Origin: Enoplolaimus lenunculus
Taxonomy: Eukaryota
Length of the DNA: 64,000 bases
Reading direction: 5' to 3'
NCBI GenBank assembly: GCA_030248215.1
Contig: JASANG010001546.1
Coordinates: forward strand, 310,001 to 374,000
Shown here: positions 14,196 to 25,954 of the stretch, piece by piece
Position numbering within the stretch: position 1 is the first letter of the stretch
Layout of the letters: every line of letters starts with the position of its first letter
Notes under the pieces: model-generated
The model's input: the letters and a program-made list of their open reading frames with translations, nothing else
Told to the model about the DNA's origin: nothing
Database searches by the model: none
Made by a program: the position numbers and the translations under genes

Positions 14196-14689
14196 AAAAA
14201 TTGGGATGTATTTGAGCTATAAGGGTCTATTGGGCCAATAAAATTAATTATTAAGGCACTTCAGGTACATCTACGCACAAATACCGCAATAGTAGTAATT
14301 AGTAATTTTGAATGATGGCCAGGAGGTGTTTTCCTTAAAAAAATGCAGTGCATGGGGACGTTTAACGCAGTGCCCCTCCTTATTTTTGATATTAAATTTT
14401 TTCAATTTCAAAATTTATGACCAGTGCGGTGCATTTGATAAATATTCATCTGTTGTTGTAGAAAATCTTTTTTCAAAAAGTTTTGAATTAACAAAAATCA
14501 AAAATTGGTTACAAATTTCACAAACTAAAAATTCAAATTTTTATCGCTGACAAAAATGTTTTGTTGTTGGTTTTTAGCGAAATTTGTCTAAAATTTCACT
14601 TAAATTCAGTCTTTCATGCTTGCAGTAATTTTGGAAATTAAAAAAAATGTTTTTCTAACGCGGATCAGCGACACTGAACGTCACAGGTT

Positions 14690-15264
14690 TTACCATAAAC
14701 GACGCAAAAATTTGCCTTTAACATCACGAATTGTGCCCATTCCGGTCATACCGCGCTGGCTGGAACCAAACGCAAATCCGGACGACCATTGAGGCACGTT
14801 CGGATTATTGGCGAGGTCTTCAGGCAACGGCTCACGGGTTTCATCGACCATCGCCGTAAGGGTATTCCTTGGCATACCGAAACCGGTTTTGCCAGCTTGG
14901 GAATCAGCCCAATTAATACCCATCTGGTACGGGATGAAGCCCTGGCTCGGCCGCGCCTGATTCGGAGCGTACGGATTGGTTTGAATTCGAAACGCTCCGA
15001 ATGACGTCATGCCGCGTTGTGAATCGCCTTGTGACGATCCCATACTCTGTTTAGGAATATTGGTTTCGTCATGAGGCAACACACCGCGCGCATCGTCTTT
15101 GTACGGGGTCAAATTGAGCCGTGGCATTCCCATCCCGGTCATGCCGGCTTGGGATGCGAATCGGTTGGTGCCCATTTGAAGATGGATAAATCCTTGTGAT
15201 TCTTCTTTTTGATCCAGATTTGTCTTTGAAAATACCGGTCGTGGTGTACCAAATAGAGTCATAC
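14690..15264 (-). CDS. Calponin-repeat (CLIK) protein, UNC-87/CLIK-1 family, coding exon 2 of 2
   Basis: Acceptor TTTTCAG|GT ATG at 15264. The phase-1 join rebuilds repeat 3 (SQKG-MTLFGTPR). Four more calponin-like repeats follow, ending RDVKGKFLRRLW*. Joined CDS is 625+575=1200 nt (399 aa), with 7 repeats and no CH domain. Confidence 0.93.
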
Positions 15265-15624
15265 CTGAAAACAAACTACACAGTGGTTTGTGACACATGA
15301 TCGGCAATATTTGTATAATACTGATTTTGGGTTGTTGTTTTTAATTTTCAACACCCACACATAATGTCTGTACTAATAAAATAGGCTTAGGCTTAGGCTT
15401 AGGACAATGATAATGTTTCCTATTTAAATGAACACCAGTAGTAAGGGGATATATAGCATACAGGTATCAAAGTTAGCGATAGGCCCGGTTAAATTTAAAA
15501 CCGACTTCACATTTGTAAACTTTGTAGTGGGAGACAGGCGCGGATGATTGTTTTAATTTTGATGTAGCGAAATTCGTTTTAAAAACAAAAAACAAAGAAA
15601 TAATTATTTGTTGGTAAAAAAGGA

Positions 15625-15830
15625 ATACAAATAAACATAGAGACAAACAAACAAATAAACGAACGAACAAACAAACAAACAAACAAGCAAACAAACAAAC
15701 AAAGGAACATACAAACACACAAATAAACGAACAAACTCCCGAACAAACAAACAAATAAACAAACAAAAAACAAACAAAAAAACCGACAGGCAAGCAAGAC
15801 AATAAAATGTATAAATAAACATACAAAGCA
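15625..15830. repeat. Degenerate (AAAC)n microsatellite in the calponin-gene intron
   Basis: AAAC/AAAT/AAGC runs. Confidence 0.85.
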
Positions 15831-16809
15831 ATAGGTAAATAATCACACATGAAAAATAACTAAACACATTTAGAACCATTTGGTGCATGAATATTATCTC
15901 TTTCATCTGAGATCTAAGATCAACCTTGAATTCATACACTGGATTCTGGAACGGGAGGTGTTTATAAGAGCTTGAAGCTCAAGATTATGAAGGCTTTCAC
16001 GTCTTGTAGAGATATTGCGCTGAATATAGCTACTCGTCGTTCAACACTGCTAATCAGCAGTGGCTGATCCAGAAGTCTCTGACGGGAGCGAGCTGGCTAA
16101 TGTTAAGAAGCTGCAATTTTTACTGTATGCTATATATGCCATGGGCAGTCAAAAATTGTAAGGTAGGGATCTTATCATTTTATCATAAAAAATTTAAGAC
16201 GAGAAAAAATTTTGCTAAATAATTTCTGAGCGGCAACCATCTTATCACAAAAAAGTTCTGCCACGGAGTGTATGTCGCATATGTATGTGCTAGTGCATAT
16301 CAGAATGTAAACGGATAGTAAAAATAACGGAAACGGATATTGAAGTATAGAAGTTTAAAAGATGTTTTGCTTTTTTGCCTGTACACAATAGAGTAAAGAA
16401 AAAATAGCTGATGCACTTATATTAGGTCAATAGAGTGCATGATACAAGAGTGTGCAACTCTTTGGGTTCCGCATAGTACAAAATGTACCACCGGGCGTTG
16501 CGTTTTTCACCGACTCCCCTTGTTTAGAGAGGAGTCGCTGTCACGTGCCAAACCCTAAGTTAAACTATAAGTGGGTCATTTTTGATGGGGATGATACATA
16601 AAATGCCATGGTTAGCGTAGGTTGTACCCCACTCTAAATAAGGGGGGCGGGCCAAAAACGCACGCGTGCCGGGTACATTCTTTTTTACACAGAATGTACC
16701 CAGTTGCATACTCTTGTTGAAATATGCATCATCCACTCTTGGTTCAAGCAAGCGGGGGGAGTGCAGTATGCTTCCGACACGGATATCCGGCATCGTCCAT
16801 GAGACGCAC

Positions 16810-17434
16810 CTTTTTGTGAGTCAAACTTATTCGTTCCCATTTGCAACGGAATAATACCGTCTGACATTCGCACTTTATCTTCGGGCAACTCTTGTTCGGT
16901 TGATAAAAATTTCGGTTTGTACAGCACGTCTCGAACTGCGCCAAAACTCGTCTGACCCTTTTGACTCGCGAACTTATTGGTACCCATTTGCAACGGGATT
17001 ATTTCTTTGGTTTTCGTTAACATATCACCTTCGATATCTTTCAAATTGGGTGATTTAATTTTGTCGATGACGTCACGCGGCACTCCAAATCCCGTCATTA
17101 GCTTTTGACTTGCGAATTTGTTCGTTCCGCTTGATATTGGGATTATCCCTTCGGATGTCATCAGTTTATCTTTGGGCAGCTTTGAATCTTTGCCGTAGCT
17201 GACGTGCGGGACACGACAAGGTGCGTTTTCGGGAGCACCATGGTATTCGGCACCTTGTGGATGAGCTGCGGCAGTTGATCCTCCCGAATCACTGGCTGGA
17301 GCCGGAGCCGGTGCCGGGGCCGGGGCCGGTTTGGCAGCTGGAGGCGGTGGGGCTGGCGCTTCCGGCTCGGGCTCAGGCTCGGGCTCTGCCTCGGGTTCGT
17401 GCGATTCTGGAACGTGACCTTCGTCGTCGGACAT
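16810..17434 (-). CDS. Calponin-repeat (CLIK) protein, UNC-87/CLIK-1 family, coding exon 1 of 2
   Basis: ATG at 17434. Acidic/Pro-Ala-rich N-terminus, then repeats IPISSGTNKFASQKLMTGFG, IPLQMGTNKFASQKGQTSFG and IPLQMGTNKFDSQKG. Donor AAAG|GTGCGT after 16810 (phase 1). Confidence 0.93.
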
Positions 17435-17982
17435 GGTTTAAGTAGAGTGAATCTATTTGAATTTTAAATACTGTGATTATGTGCTCCTGAAAAATGTGTT
17501 TTAGTTGCAGTTCGGCGAGGGGGGGGGGGCAGAATGGGAAAATAATGTTTTATGATTGGTTGAAAACTGACCCCCGTCGTTATTCTGTTTCACTATTCAC
17601 ATTTATCTGCGACATCATATAGGCGTATCCACAAGTCGTGGCTCGGAATTGGCTCCTATTTATGGGTAGAAGTAAATAATTGACATAATGCAACTTCCAC
17701 AATATCATGCGTACACAAGGTAACTTTTGACGTGGGAGCTGATAGACACTGGGGTTAAAACACCTTCCGTAGCCGTCGCACTGAAGCCAAAAAGCTTTGA
17801 AGCCAAAATTAGACGCAGTGTCTGCAACAATGAAGCTTTAGTGTACTGGCTACTGGCGTCTAAAACGTAAGCAGCTATCAGCTGAAGTAAAAAAACTTCA
17901 GTATCCAAAAAAATTAGAAAAATGATTCGCAGCGATCATTGGCTTCTTCAACAGTTACCTGGTGTACGAATGATATTGGGAG

Positions 17983-18177
17983 TTTTTGACCCAACATTTT
18001 TTCATTTTTACTGAAATTATCACCTTCCGGATTATGGCTTCGGACTTAAACCGTGCGAGGGGCGCACGGCATTTAAACAGAGGAAAGCAAGTTAGCCGAG
18101 CGGCCCCTCCCACGGTTTAGGTACGAAGCCACAATACGGAAAGTGACAATTTTAGTAAAGAAATGTCGGGTTAAAAT
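17983..18177. repeat. Imperfect fold-back (palindromic) element
   Basis: The left arm CACCTTCCGGATTATGGCTTCGGACTTAAACCGTGCGAGGGGC pairs with the right arm GCCCCTCCCACGGTTTAGGTACGAAGCCACAATACGGAAAGTG. Confidence 0.7.
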
Positions 18178-18723
18178 TGAGTTCAATTGTGGTTTTAAAT
18201 TTGACACATACGCCAATTGTGTCTATCATATCATATGAAACAACTGATTTGCAGGGTGTAACCAGATATACGTTTCTGGTAAAAACCAGTATTCGTTAAC
18301 AGTTTCCGTTATTTTTACTATCCGTTTACACACTGCTGAATAGACGCAATTCAAAATCGTGGGAACTGTGCGAAGATTGCAGGATGGTTGATAAACAAAC
18401 ACTGTTGGTCAAACGTGTTGAACATTTTCAGTCAAAAAAATTTAAGACCTCAAAGAATCAAACTTTGAATTTAAAAAATCAACATCGAACTAGAAATCGC
18501 CTAAACTTGAATTTTTGATAGAAACAAAATATTTTTTAGCCTGTAAAGTTAATTCTTGCTTGAGTTATCAATGTTCCAAGTACTAATCTGGAAATTTCTA
18601 TAGTAACATTTACCATTGCATTTCGCAAAATAAACCATGTAAAGGGCAAGACGGTATTGCAACTCCCACTGTGAGGGTGTAACCAGGTAGTAAAAATACC
18701 AGAAGCGGATAGATCATGATCGA

Positions 18724-19300
18724 GGCAAACGTTACTTTTAAGGCCGTAACATGAGATCAAGCGTATTCCTAAGCCCTAAGCCTAAGCGATGCAAAAGCGT
18801 ATTCCTAAGCCTAGGCCTAAGCCTTAGCATAAGCCTAACCTAAGCCTAAGCCTAAGCCTAAGCCTAAGCCTAAGCCTAAGTCAAGCCTAAGCCTAAGCCT
18901 AAGCCTAAGTCAAGCCTAAGCCTAAGCCTAAGACTAAGACAAAGCCTAAGCCTAAGCCTAAGCCTAAGCCTAAGCCTAAGCCTAAGCCTAAGTCAAGCCT
19001 AAGCCTAAGTCAAGCCTAAGCCTAAGCCTAAGCCTAAGCCTAAGCCTAAGCCTAAGCCTAAGCCTAAGCCTAAGCCTAAGCTCAAGCCTAAGCCTAAGTC
19101 AAGCCTAAGCCTAAACCTAAGCCTAAGCCTAAGCCTAAGACTAAGACTAAGCCTAAGCCTAAGCCTATCCTAAGCCTAAGCCTAAGCCTAAGCCTAAGCC
19201 TAAGCCTAAAGCGTAAGCAAAAAAGTAGTCAAGAATATATTAAGCCTACATTTTTACAGACCCACCAGAAACCGGAACGGCCCTAAAAGTAACATGAGCC
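18724..19300 (-). mobile_element. Merlin-like MITE (subfamily B) with an expanded interstitial (GCCTAA)n telomeric array of about 400 bp
   Basis: TIR type GGCC(A/C)ATGTTACTTT. TSD ATGATCGA/ATTATCGA. Near-pure hexamer array at about 18805-19210. Confidence 0.85.
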
Positions 19301-19582
19301 ATTATCGAAATAGCAGAAATTCAATTTTCTACCAATACAAATACATATTCAATTATAACATAATTATTTTGTAATATTGTATTGAAATAACACCGGATGC
19401 GCCATATACGTTTAAGATCGGCAATGAATTCTGTTGTGGTTTCAACTCAAACAGTTGGAGTACTTCTCAAAGCCACAACCTTTTTCAATTTTCAGTCCTA
19501 AATGTTAAAAAATTTGAATTTCGAACGTCCCGTATTGCTAGCACAAAATATGGTCCAATAATTTATAGGCTTGTTCAGAATA

Positions 19583-19825
19583 CACTGCAAAAGATGGCGA
19601 ATCAAATTGACTCTCTCTGAAATGGCCCCAGTGAGTCAAATTGACTCTCTCCGAAATAGGCTCTACGAGACTACACAAACTGAGTCAAATTCCACTCCGC
19701 CAGAGGCACTCATCCAACTCAGTGAGTCGAAATTGTCTCAGTCGGCGTCGAGTTTGACTCAGTTTGTGTAGTCCCGTAGAGCCGATTTCGAAAGGAGTCA
19801 GTTTGACTCACCATTTTTTGCAGTG
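19583..19825. mobile_element. CACTG-ended palindromic MITE (CACTA/CMC-like), family A
   Basis: TA|CACTGCAAAA...TTTTGCAGTG|TA with GAGTCAAATT motifs. Further copies at 27119-27329, about 35645-35852, about 43157-43365 and 54331-54522. Confidence 0.75.
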
Positions 19826-20366
19826 TAGTACATAAACAAGTATTGCCAACAAAACTGGTAGCATGATTCGAAGACCCAATTTTGAACGTGAAATTCACAA
19901 AATTCCACACCAAAAAATATTACCAAACACCTGATGTATATTTAAAAACTCAATTCTCACTGTATGGGTCTATGATTCGCTCTTATAATGAGTAAAAGTT
20001 GTCATAATACACATTTAATATTGTATTCAAATATGTTTGATACAGCCTACAAACAGAAACACACACTGAACCCAAAATTCGTTCAAATGCCGTATGTGAA
20101 GGGCCGTATGATTTCGTTGCAGCCTTTTGTCTTTAAGAACTTATTTTTGGTGCCAGAGCAGAGTATACCGTGTTTCCAAACCCGAGGTAAGGTACACAGC
20201 ACCTGTTTTAAGCGAACTACTCGTAAGGGTTTGCAGTTTTAAATTTGACCAATTTTTGCCAATGTTATACAATGTTTCATTTATATACCAACACAGTGCA
20301 ATTAATGTTGTACAAAGCGGCATCTTATTGTTATGCGACGGGTTTTTTAATATTTGAGAACTTTGA

Positions 20367-20372
<6 letters not shown>

Positions 20373-20412
<40 letters not shown>
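20373..20412. repeat. (AT)n microsatellite
   Basis: Direct reading. Confidence 0.95.
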
Positions 20413-20415
<3 letters not shown>

Positions 20416-21429
20416 ATATTTATTGTATATTTATTGTATATCAGCTTTCATATGTTGTAAGAGCGACATAAATGATAGGAAAAACGTACTATTTCGCCCA
20501 ATTTAAGAATTACAAAAATACCAGCCAGATTATTTATTTTTGAAATTTTAGGTTCAGTTTTATGAACATTTAAAAAAGTTTATTACAACGTTAATAAATT
20601 AAAATTTATGCCACATGATACTGGTTCAAGTTGGGTTTTTCAATACGTAACACATTAAATCGGCCAAATCATTTTATTCCGAAACACAGAATTGGCATAA
20701 GCGTATACCTAAGCCTAAGCTTAAGCCCAACGCAAAACATTAGTGTGAAGCGTAAGCTTACTTTATTGCGATGCTGCGATCAAACGACCCGCCATGATTT
20801 TCACATGATCAATTTTCTGTTATCTTCGCAGAGGGCATATATTATATATAAGCGAGTGAAAAGGTGTTTGGCTAATTTCTTCAGAAATTTTGCAAACACA
20901 TCTATAACCCCAACCAGCTTCAAACGAGTTAATTCATGACATATTTGACTGTTGGCCAAATTTGACGTTGTCCAAGTGAGACTCAGTGTCGGACCCCGGG
21001 CTGGCAATTGTTATAAGACGCAAATCATTTTATCACCAAAAAATGTTCTGAGGGCTAAAAGTTGTAAGGTTGGGACCTAACCATTTTAACACAAACAAAA
21101 ATTCTGACGGGGTGGGCGTACGCCTCTCCTGTCTCCCCCCTCTGGATCCGTTAATGGTGAGAGTACGGTTTATATACCGCATGAAATATATTCTTTATTT
21201 GATTTTATTTGCATCGTCCAATGAGAATAATTGAGCGTTGCAGGAATCACCGATGTTTATTGCAACTGCAAGCTCTTAGTTGCACACATGAACTCATGTT
21301 ACAGATTTAAGGTTGCGCTATACTCGAGTCGAGCCCCCGCTCACCACCAAATAGATTTTGGCTAATAGCGGCGTTCGGCGTCGTAAGGCGGTATGGGGCG
21401 GTGCTGCGAATTACATTATTGCGTATAGT

Positions 21430-21549
21430 TTATGCGATGCCTGTTTGATTCATAAGCAAGTTAATATCAGTAAGTGTGACACATTTGTCGGATTTAGTTT
21501 GTTTTAGCTTTAATAACACAACTGCGTACGTTCCCATAATGCTCATCAG
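21430..21549 (-). CDS. GR-like gene, terminal exon (LMSIMGTYAVVLLKLK...GIA*)
   Basis: TTTTCAG acceptor, phase 0. TYAVVLLKL matches the TM7 TYhhhhhQF signature position. TAA at 21432-21430. Full model is 1947 nt, 648 aa. Confidence 0.88.
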   Translation of the reverse strand: MMSIMGTYAVVLLKLKQTKSDKCVTLTDINLLMNQTGIA

Positions 21550-22326
21550 CTGAAAATAAACAATAGTTGCAATTTAAACTCAATGGCTCCTTTGACAATA
21601 TAACTTGAGCCCATGTAAAAGATCAGGGGCGGAACGTTTTTCTGTGGAACTGCTATAGAGTAACGATAAACTTTAGACGAATTTTTTGTTTGGCCTATGC
21701 TTACGGATAGGAATATGCTTATACTACTGTTTGCCCTGTTCGTTGCATTTTCATTAAACTACGCTCACTGTGCAAAAAAAGATTTGACCAATGTATAGAA
21801 CAGGCTTGTAACAGTAGTATAAGCATATTTCTAAGCTTAAACCTAAGCCTAAGCGTAAGAATGAGCTTGTGCCTAAGCTTGAGCTTAAAGTTTAAGCTTA
21901 CTCTATTGCACTCCCACAGAAAAGCGTTCCGCCCTTTATTTTTACACAGTCCATATATATGAACTGAATCATATTTACAAAAAGAACCGCATACCTGGTA
22001 TAGAAAAATAGAAATGGAAATAGAGAGTTTTGTGCCCTGGCAAAATTCCTCGAGTGTCAGAAAGGATAACCTATAAACGCCCACCCCTGACCGATTTGAA
22101 GTACTGTCGGCACCTGTGATGTTTCGATAAAAAATTTTTGGTCACCAAAATCAGGGCACACGGTTCCGAAAACAGATTATTTATTTTTAGCAGAAATCAA
22201 ATTTTGCGTCCGCCTCTTACAAATTTGTTTAAGACACCAGTCGGAATTTGTGTGAATTTTATACTTTCAACTCAAAATCCAACGCTAAAAAAATTGGATT
22301 AAAATTAAACTTTGAACGGTGTTTAC

Positions 22327-22419
22327 CGTAAACAACAGGTGTCGCTCGATGGGAAACGCACGCCATACAGTCAGACCCCACGACGGCTGCGTAGCGGTTT
22401 TTTGTAAGAAACACATTAC
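22327..22419 (-). CDS. GR-like gene, internal 93-nt exon (VMCFLQKTATQPSWGLTVWRAFPIERHLLFT)
   Basis: TTGCAG acceptor, GTAAAC donor, phase 0-0. GLTVWRAFPIER corresponds to the conserved pre-TM7 loop of GRs. Confidence 0.88.
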
Positions 22420-23216
22420 CTGCAATCAACAGTTACAGTTTGTCAAAAATACTTTATCACAAATTTCAAGCAGGTAAAGTTAAAATTTAAAATAATAAAT
22501 TTTGATTTGGCACCACCAAAATGAAATATATTTTAATAGATGCCATTTCAAGGCCTACAACCTGCTATTAAATTAAGACTATCTTTTAGAGTTTTAAAAC
22601 TAAAAATAAATAAGAAATACACTTTTTTCCTGATGCATAATTTTTATTATTTCCTATCATTAATACCTAATTGTCCCAGTAACCTGATTAATAACTAGAT
22701 TGATGGTATAAAACCAAATGCAACCAGTGGAAGGTTCAGAATTGTGGACATTTAGGCCAGGACCGTAGACAGCTCATCTTACTAGTGAGAAGTATACATT
22801 TTGCAGGCGTGGCATACGAGGGTTTTCGATGACTTAGAAGCAAGGTGGGAAATTTTGTAGGGGCCAAATTTTTTCGGCCAAATGTCTTCCATAGATGCCC
22901 TAACCACTCCTCCGGCCTTGCAATATACACACTGTGAGCAGTGTTTAACATTTATAACATATATGCGCAGTGCAAAATCTCTACAAGACGTGAGAGCGTA
23001 CTCGGGCTCGAGCGTCATGCTCCTATCGCTCAGTGGTCGTCGTAAACGCCTCCCGCCCGTGAGACTGGGGTTCGAGTCTTACCTTGAAATTACATCTCAT
23101 GTGAAATTGACAATATTCATGTGAGAAAAGACTAAAATGTGCAAATAAAGTTTTCGATTACGCAATTTATTTTGGCTGAAACAAGAAAACTTTTCCTGAA
23201 AATTGTATTTATTTAC

Positions 23217-23279
23217 CACGTGACGATCTTGATCGCATTCTGGTATAATCGATAATACAGTTCCAGCCACCGCACGAGC
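23217..23279 (-). CDS. GR-like gene, internal 63-nt exon (ARAVAGTVLSIIPECDQDRHV)
   Basis: TATTTTAG acceptor, GTAAAT donor, phase 0-0, open frame. Not in the ORF track. Confidence 0.8.
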
Positions 23280-24558
23280 CTAAAATAGCAGGTATACGTC
23301 AATCGGCCAATGTAAACAACAGGCGCAGAACAGTATTATAAGCGTATGCCTAAACCTAAGCGTAAGGCTTAAACCAAGCAAAACAAATAAGTACCGGCGT
23401 GCGGGAGCGGCATCCGGCGGCGTGCGGCGGCGTCTGGCTCCGGCTCAGTAATGTATAACGCAACCATAAAAGCCTGGTTCTTGATTGTAGAAAGAAAGAC
23501 AGGTAGCAGCCAATAGGATAACGACACCAGGACTAAAAAAGTTTCATAGTAACGAAATTTTAGCTGAATTATAGTGATCGTAATCAAAGTGCACTCCGTA
23601 TGTAATTTTTATAGACGTCTCGGATCGATGCAAAATCCTGGTTCATACGCCAATATTATTGGATAATTATTTATTCGGTTAACATCTAATTCGTATCCGC
23701 TTATGTTCTCAAATGTGTATAGCATCTATCATAAGTACTAATAAATCTCGTAAATTTCACACCGGTAAATATCGAGGTTCGGAATTTAGCACATTTTTTG
23801 CATTTGATTAGCGCTATATATTTTGTGAGTACATTTAAACATATACAAGCTACAGCAGTTCGCTTGTTTGAAAACCAATTCAACTGACAATAAGCACTAC
23901 TCGTCTGCCAGCTTTGCGCAATGCGCAAAAGTTGCGAAAGCACAATAATTTCGTTGCAAATTTTCCTTTCATAGAACAATCACTGTATTTCGTATGAAAT
24001 TATTGTAAACAAAGTAAAACTGGAAAGTTGCCCGAAATACGTATATGGTGCGTTCCAGCTTGTATATATAGATATACAGTTGAAAATAAGACTCACGAAG
24101 ACTATTGCGGGCAATTGTCTGTACTGAGTCAAATTTAATCCCTATACTGATACAAAATTCCAATCATGCACCCCATCTTCTAGGGGCGAATATCTATAAG
24201 GGGAGTGCTTGGTGGGATATCCCCCGAAATTTCGGGGAAGACACGAAAAAGACATGCTTGATATGTTGAACAACGTTTAGACCAGATTATCTGCCCTAAT
24301 GCTTGAGTCATCGCTACGCGTCGGTCCATCGCCAAAATGGCGAATCTTAAGGAGGACCAATGTGGTGCCCGGTCTCACGGTCCCAAATTGCTTGTGATAA
24401 GAGTTTCAAAAATGAAATTTTCGATTGGAAAATATACTTTGACTCACATTTCGTCATCAATTTTTTATGAGGATCGAGTATCCCGCAACATAAATCAGCC
24501 GCAGGATCCGGTTTACGTTAGCGTCTGCTCTGCCCTCTCCCTGTCCCCCCGAACTTAC

Positions 24559-25954
24559 TCTTTCGTTAGTGATTGTTCCAGACATGCAAATGACAATGAC
24601 ATACGTAATTGCAATACAAATTTGCAACGAACTCCATAACAAATAAAACAGAATTGTCATAAAATCGTTGTCATTTTCATGCTGAGACGGTAGCGTTAAA
24701 ACTTCTGGAGCTGTTGTGACGAAAAATATGGTCAAACACAAGACGGCAACTGAAATGACCAGTGAAAAAAACAGGATCGGATTAAATGTTTGACCTGTGA
24801 GTAGAATAACATCGGTCAACTGTAAATATCTTTCGTAGTAAAATTTTAATGTTCGCTTTTTCAACGCTTTATCTTTGAGTAATTGTTGTTGTAAGTCGCT
24901 AAGCCAGTTTCGAACGATTCCGTTTAAAAATTCAAAATATATTAACGGAGTTAATTGCCAAACTGCCATCAGCGGAACAAATAGTAACGATAAATCGCTC
25001 AAAATAAAATCGCCAGGAGTTTGCCCTGAACTGATGTACTCCGTTAAGCGTGTGACGAACGTTCCTAGTAACAAGAGTGCAACGATTGCAAACGTCGTTG
25101 CAACTCTGTATTTTACAGGAGGCGTTTGATGAAAATGTCTTCGGAAAGCTTGATCTGTAGTCCACAGTGCAGTTAAGAGTCGACGATGCGATTGAAGATA
25201 ACATGCAAAAATAGTTAAATTTAACAAACAATGACACGGTTTTAGTCCGTTCATAACACTCGAGATTCCGTCCATACTTAAAAACCCTGACATTTGTTTA
25301 ACTGTTATTATAACTTGTACGTTAAACGCAAATATACCTGCGTTAAGCAATATTGCAATTATTGCAACTGCACGATACAGTAACGTAGGCCATGCGCATC
25401 GTAACCATTGGCTACGATACGTAGACGTGCGTTGATGCACGCAACTGCGACCTGCAGTACAACTGCATTGCAATTTTGCAGTTGCAATTAAATTTGGAAA
25501 AGTTGATGGGAAAAATCCTAACAGTTGTAATAATCGTAGTACTCCTTTAATGTTATCTTTTAATGTTTGTTGCGAGAATTCACACGCATCACAGGAGTCC
25601 AAAAACTTGTCATCCTCATCTTGTGGTGTACCATGCCCTCCTGCTCGTTGAGGGTAAGGTTGGCTGAGAGACAAGTCACAATTAGTCGCTGCGTACAGGG
25701 TGGACCCAGTATTTTCTAGTGGAGAGAAACAAGAAGCGTTTTGATTGGTAATTGTACGAACCGAAGTTATATCGTTTGACGCAGATGAGGTAGTAGCAGC
25801 GCGATGGGTCTGTCCTTGCAATGGTATCTTTGAGGACTCAGTCCTTGATAGACCCAGGTACGCTAGGTCATCTTCTCCGGAACGAGAGCTGATTGACAAC
25901 GATTCGCCGGGAGCAAATCGCATCCCACCGTCTTGTGTTCGATCGACCATTTTC
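24559..25954 (-). CDS. Gustatory-receptor-like (7tm_7-type) membrane protein, main exon
   Basis: Acceptor TTTTTAG|G AAA ATG. Open for 1396 nt with about six hydrophobic segments. The early LLQLLGFFP motif is typical of GRs. Donor AGA|GTAAGT after 24559 (phase 0). Confidence 0.88.

Noticed and set aside
15473..15939. Hydrophobic 'membrane protein' ORFs (also 45534-45775)
   Set aside because: These are translations of (GTTT)n microsatellites.
16685..16809. C-terminal tail of the 249-aa ORF, and likewise 24457-24558 of the 497-aa ORF and 15265-15307
   Set aside because: Read-through into introns beyond clear splice sites.
18805..19210. True chromosome end or programmed-elimination breakpoint
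   Set aside because: The array is bounded on both sides by MITE TIRs and a TSD, with ordinary sequence continuing, so it is interstitial. Nothing in the window demonstrates DNA elimination.
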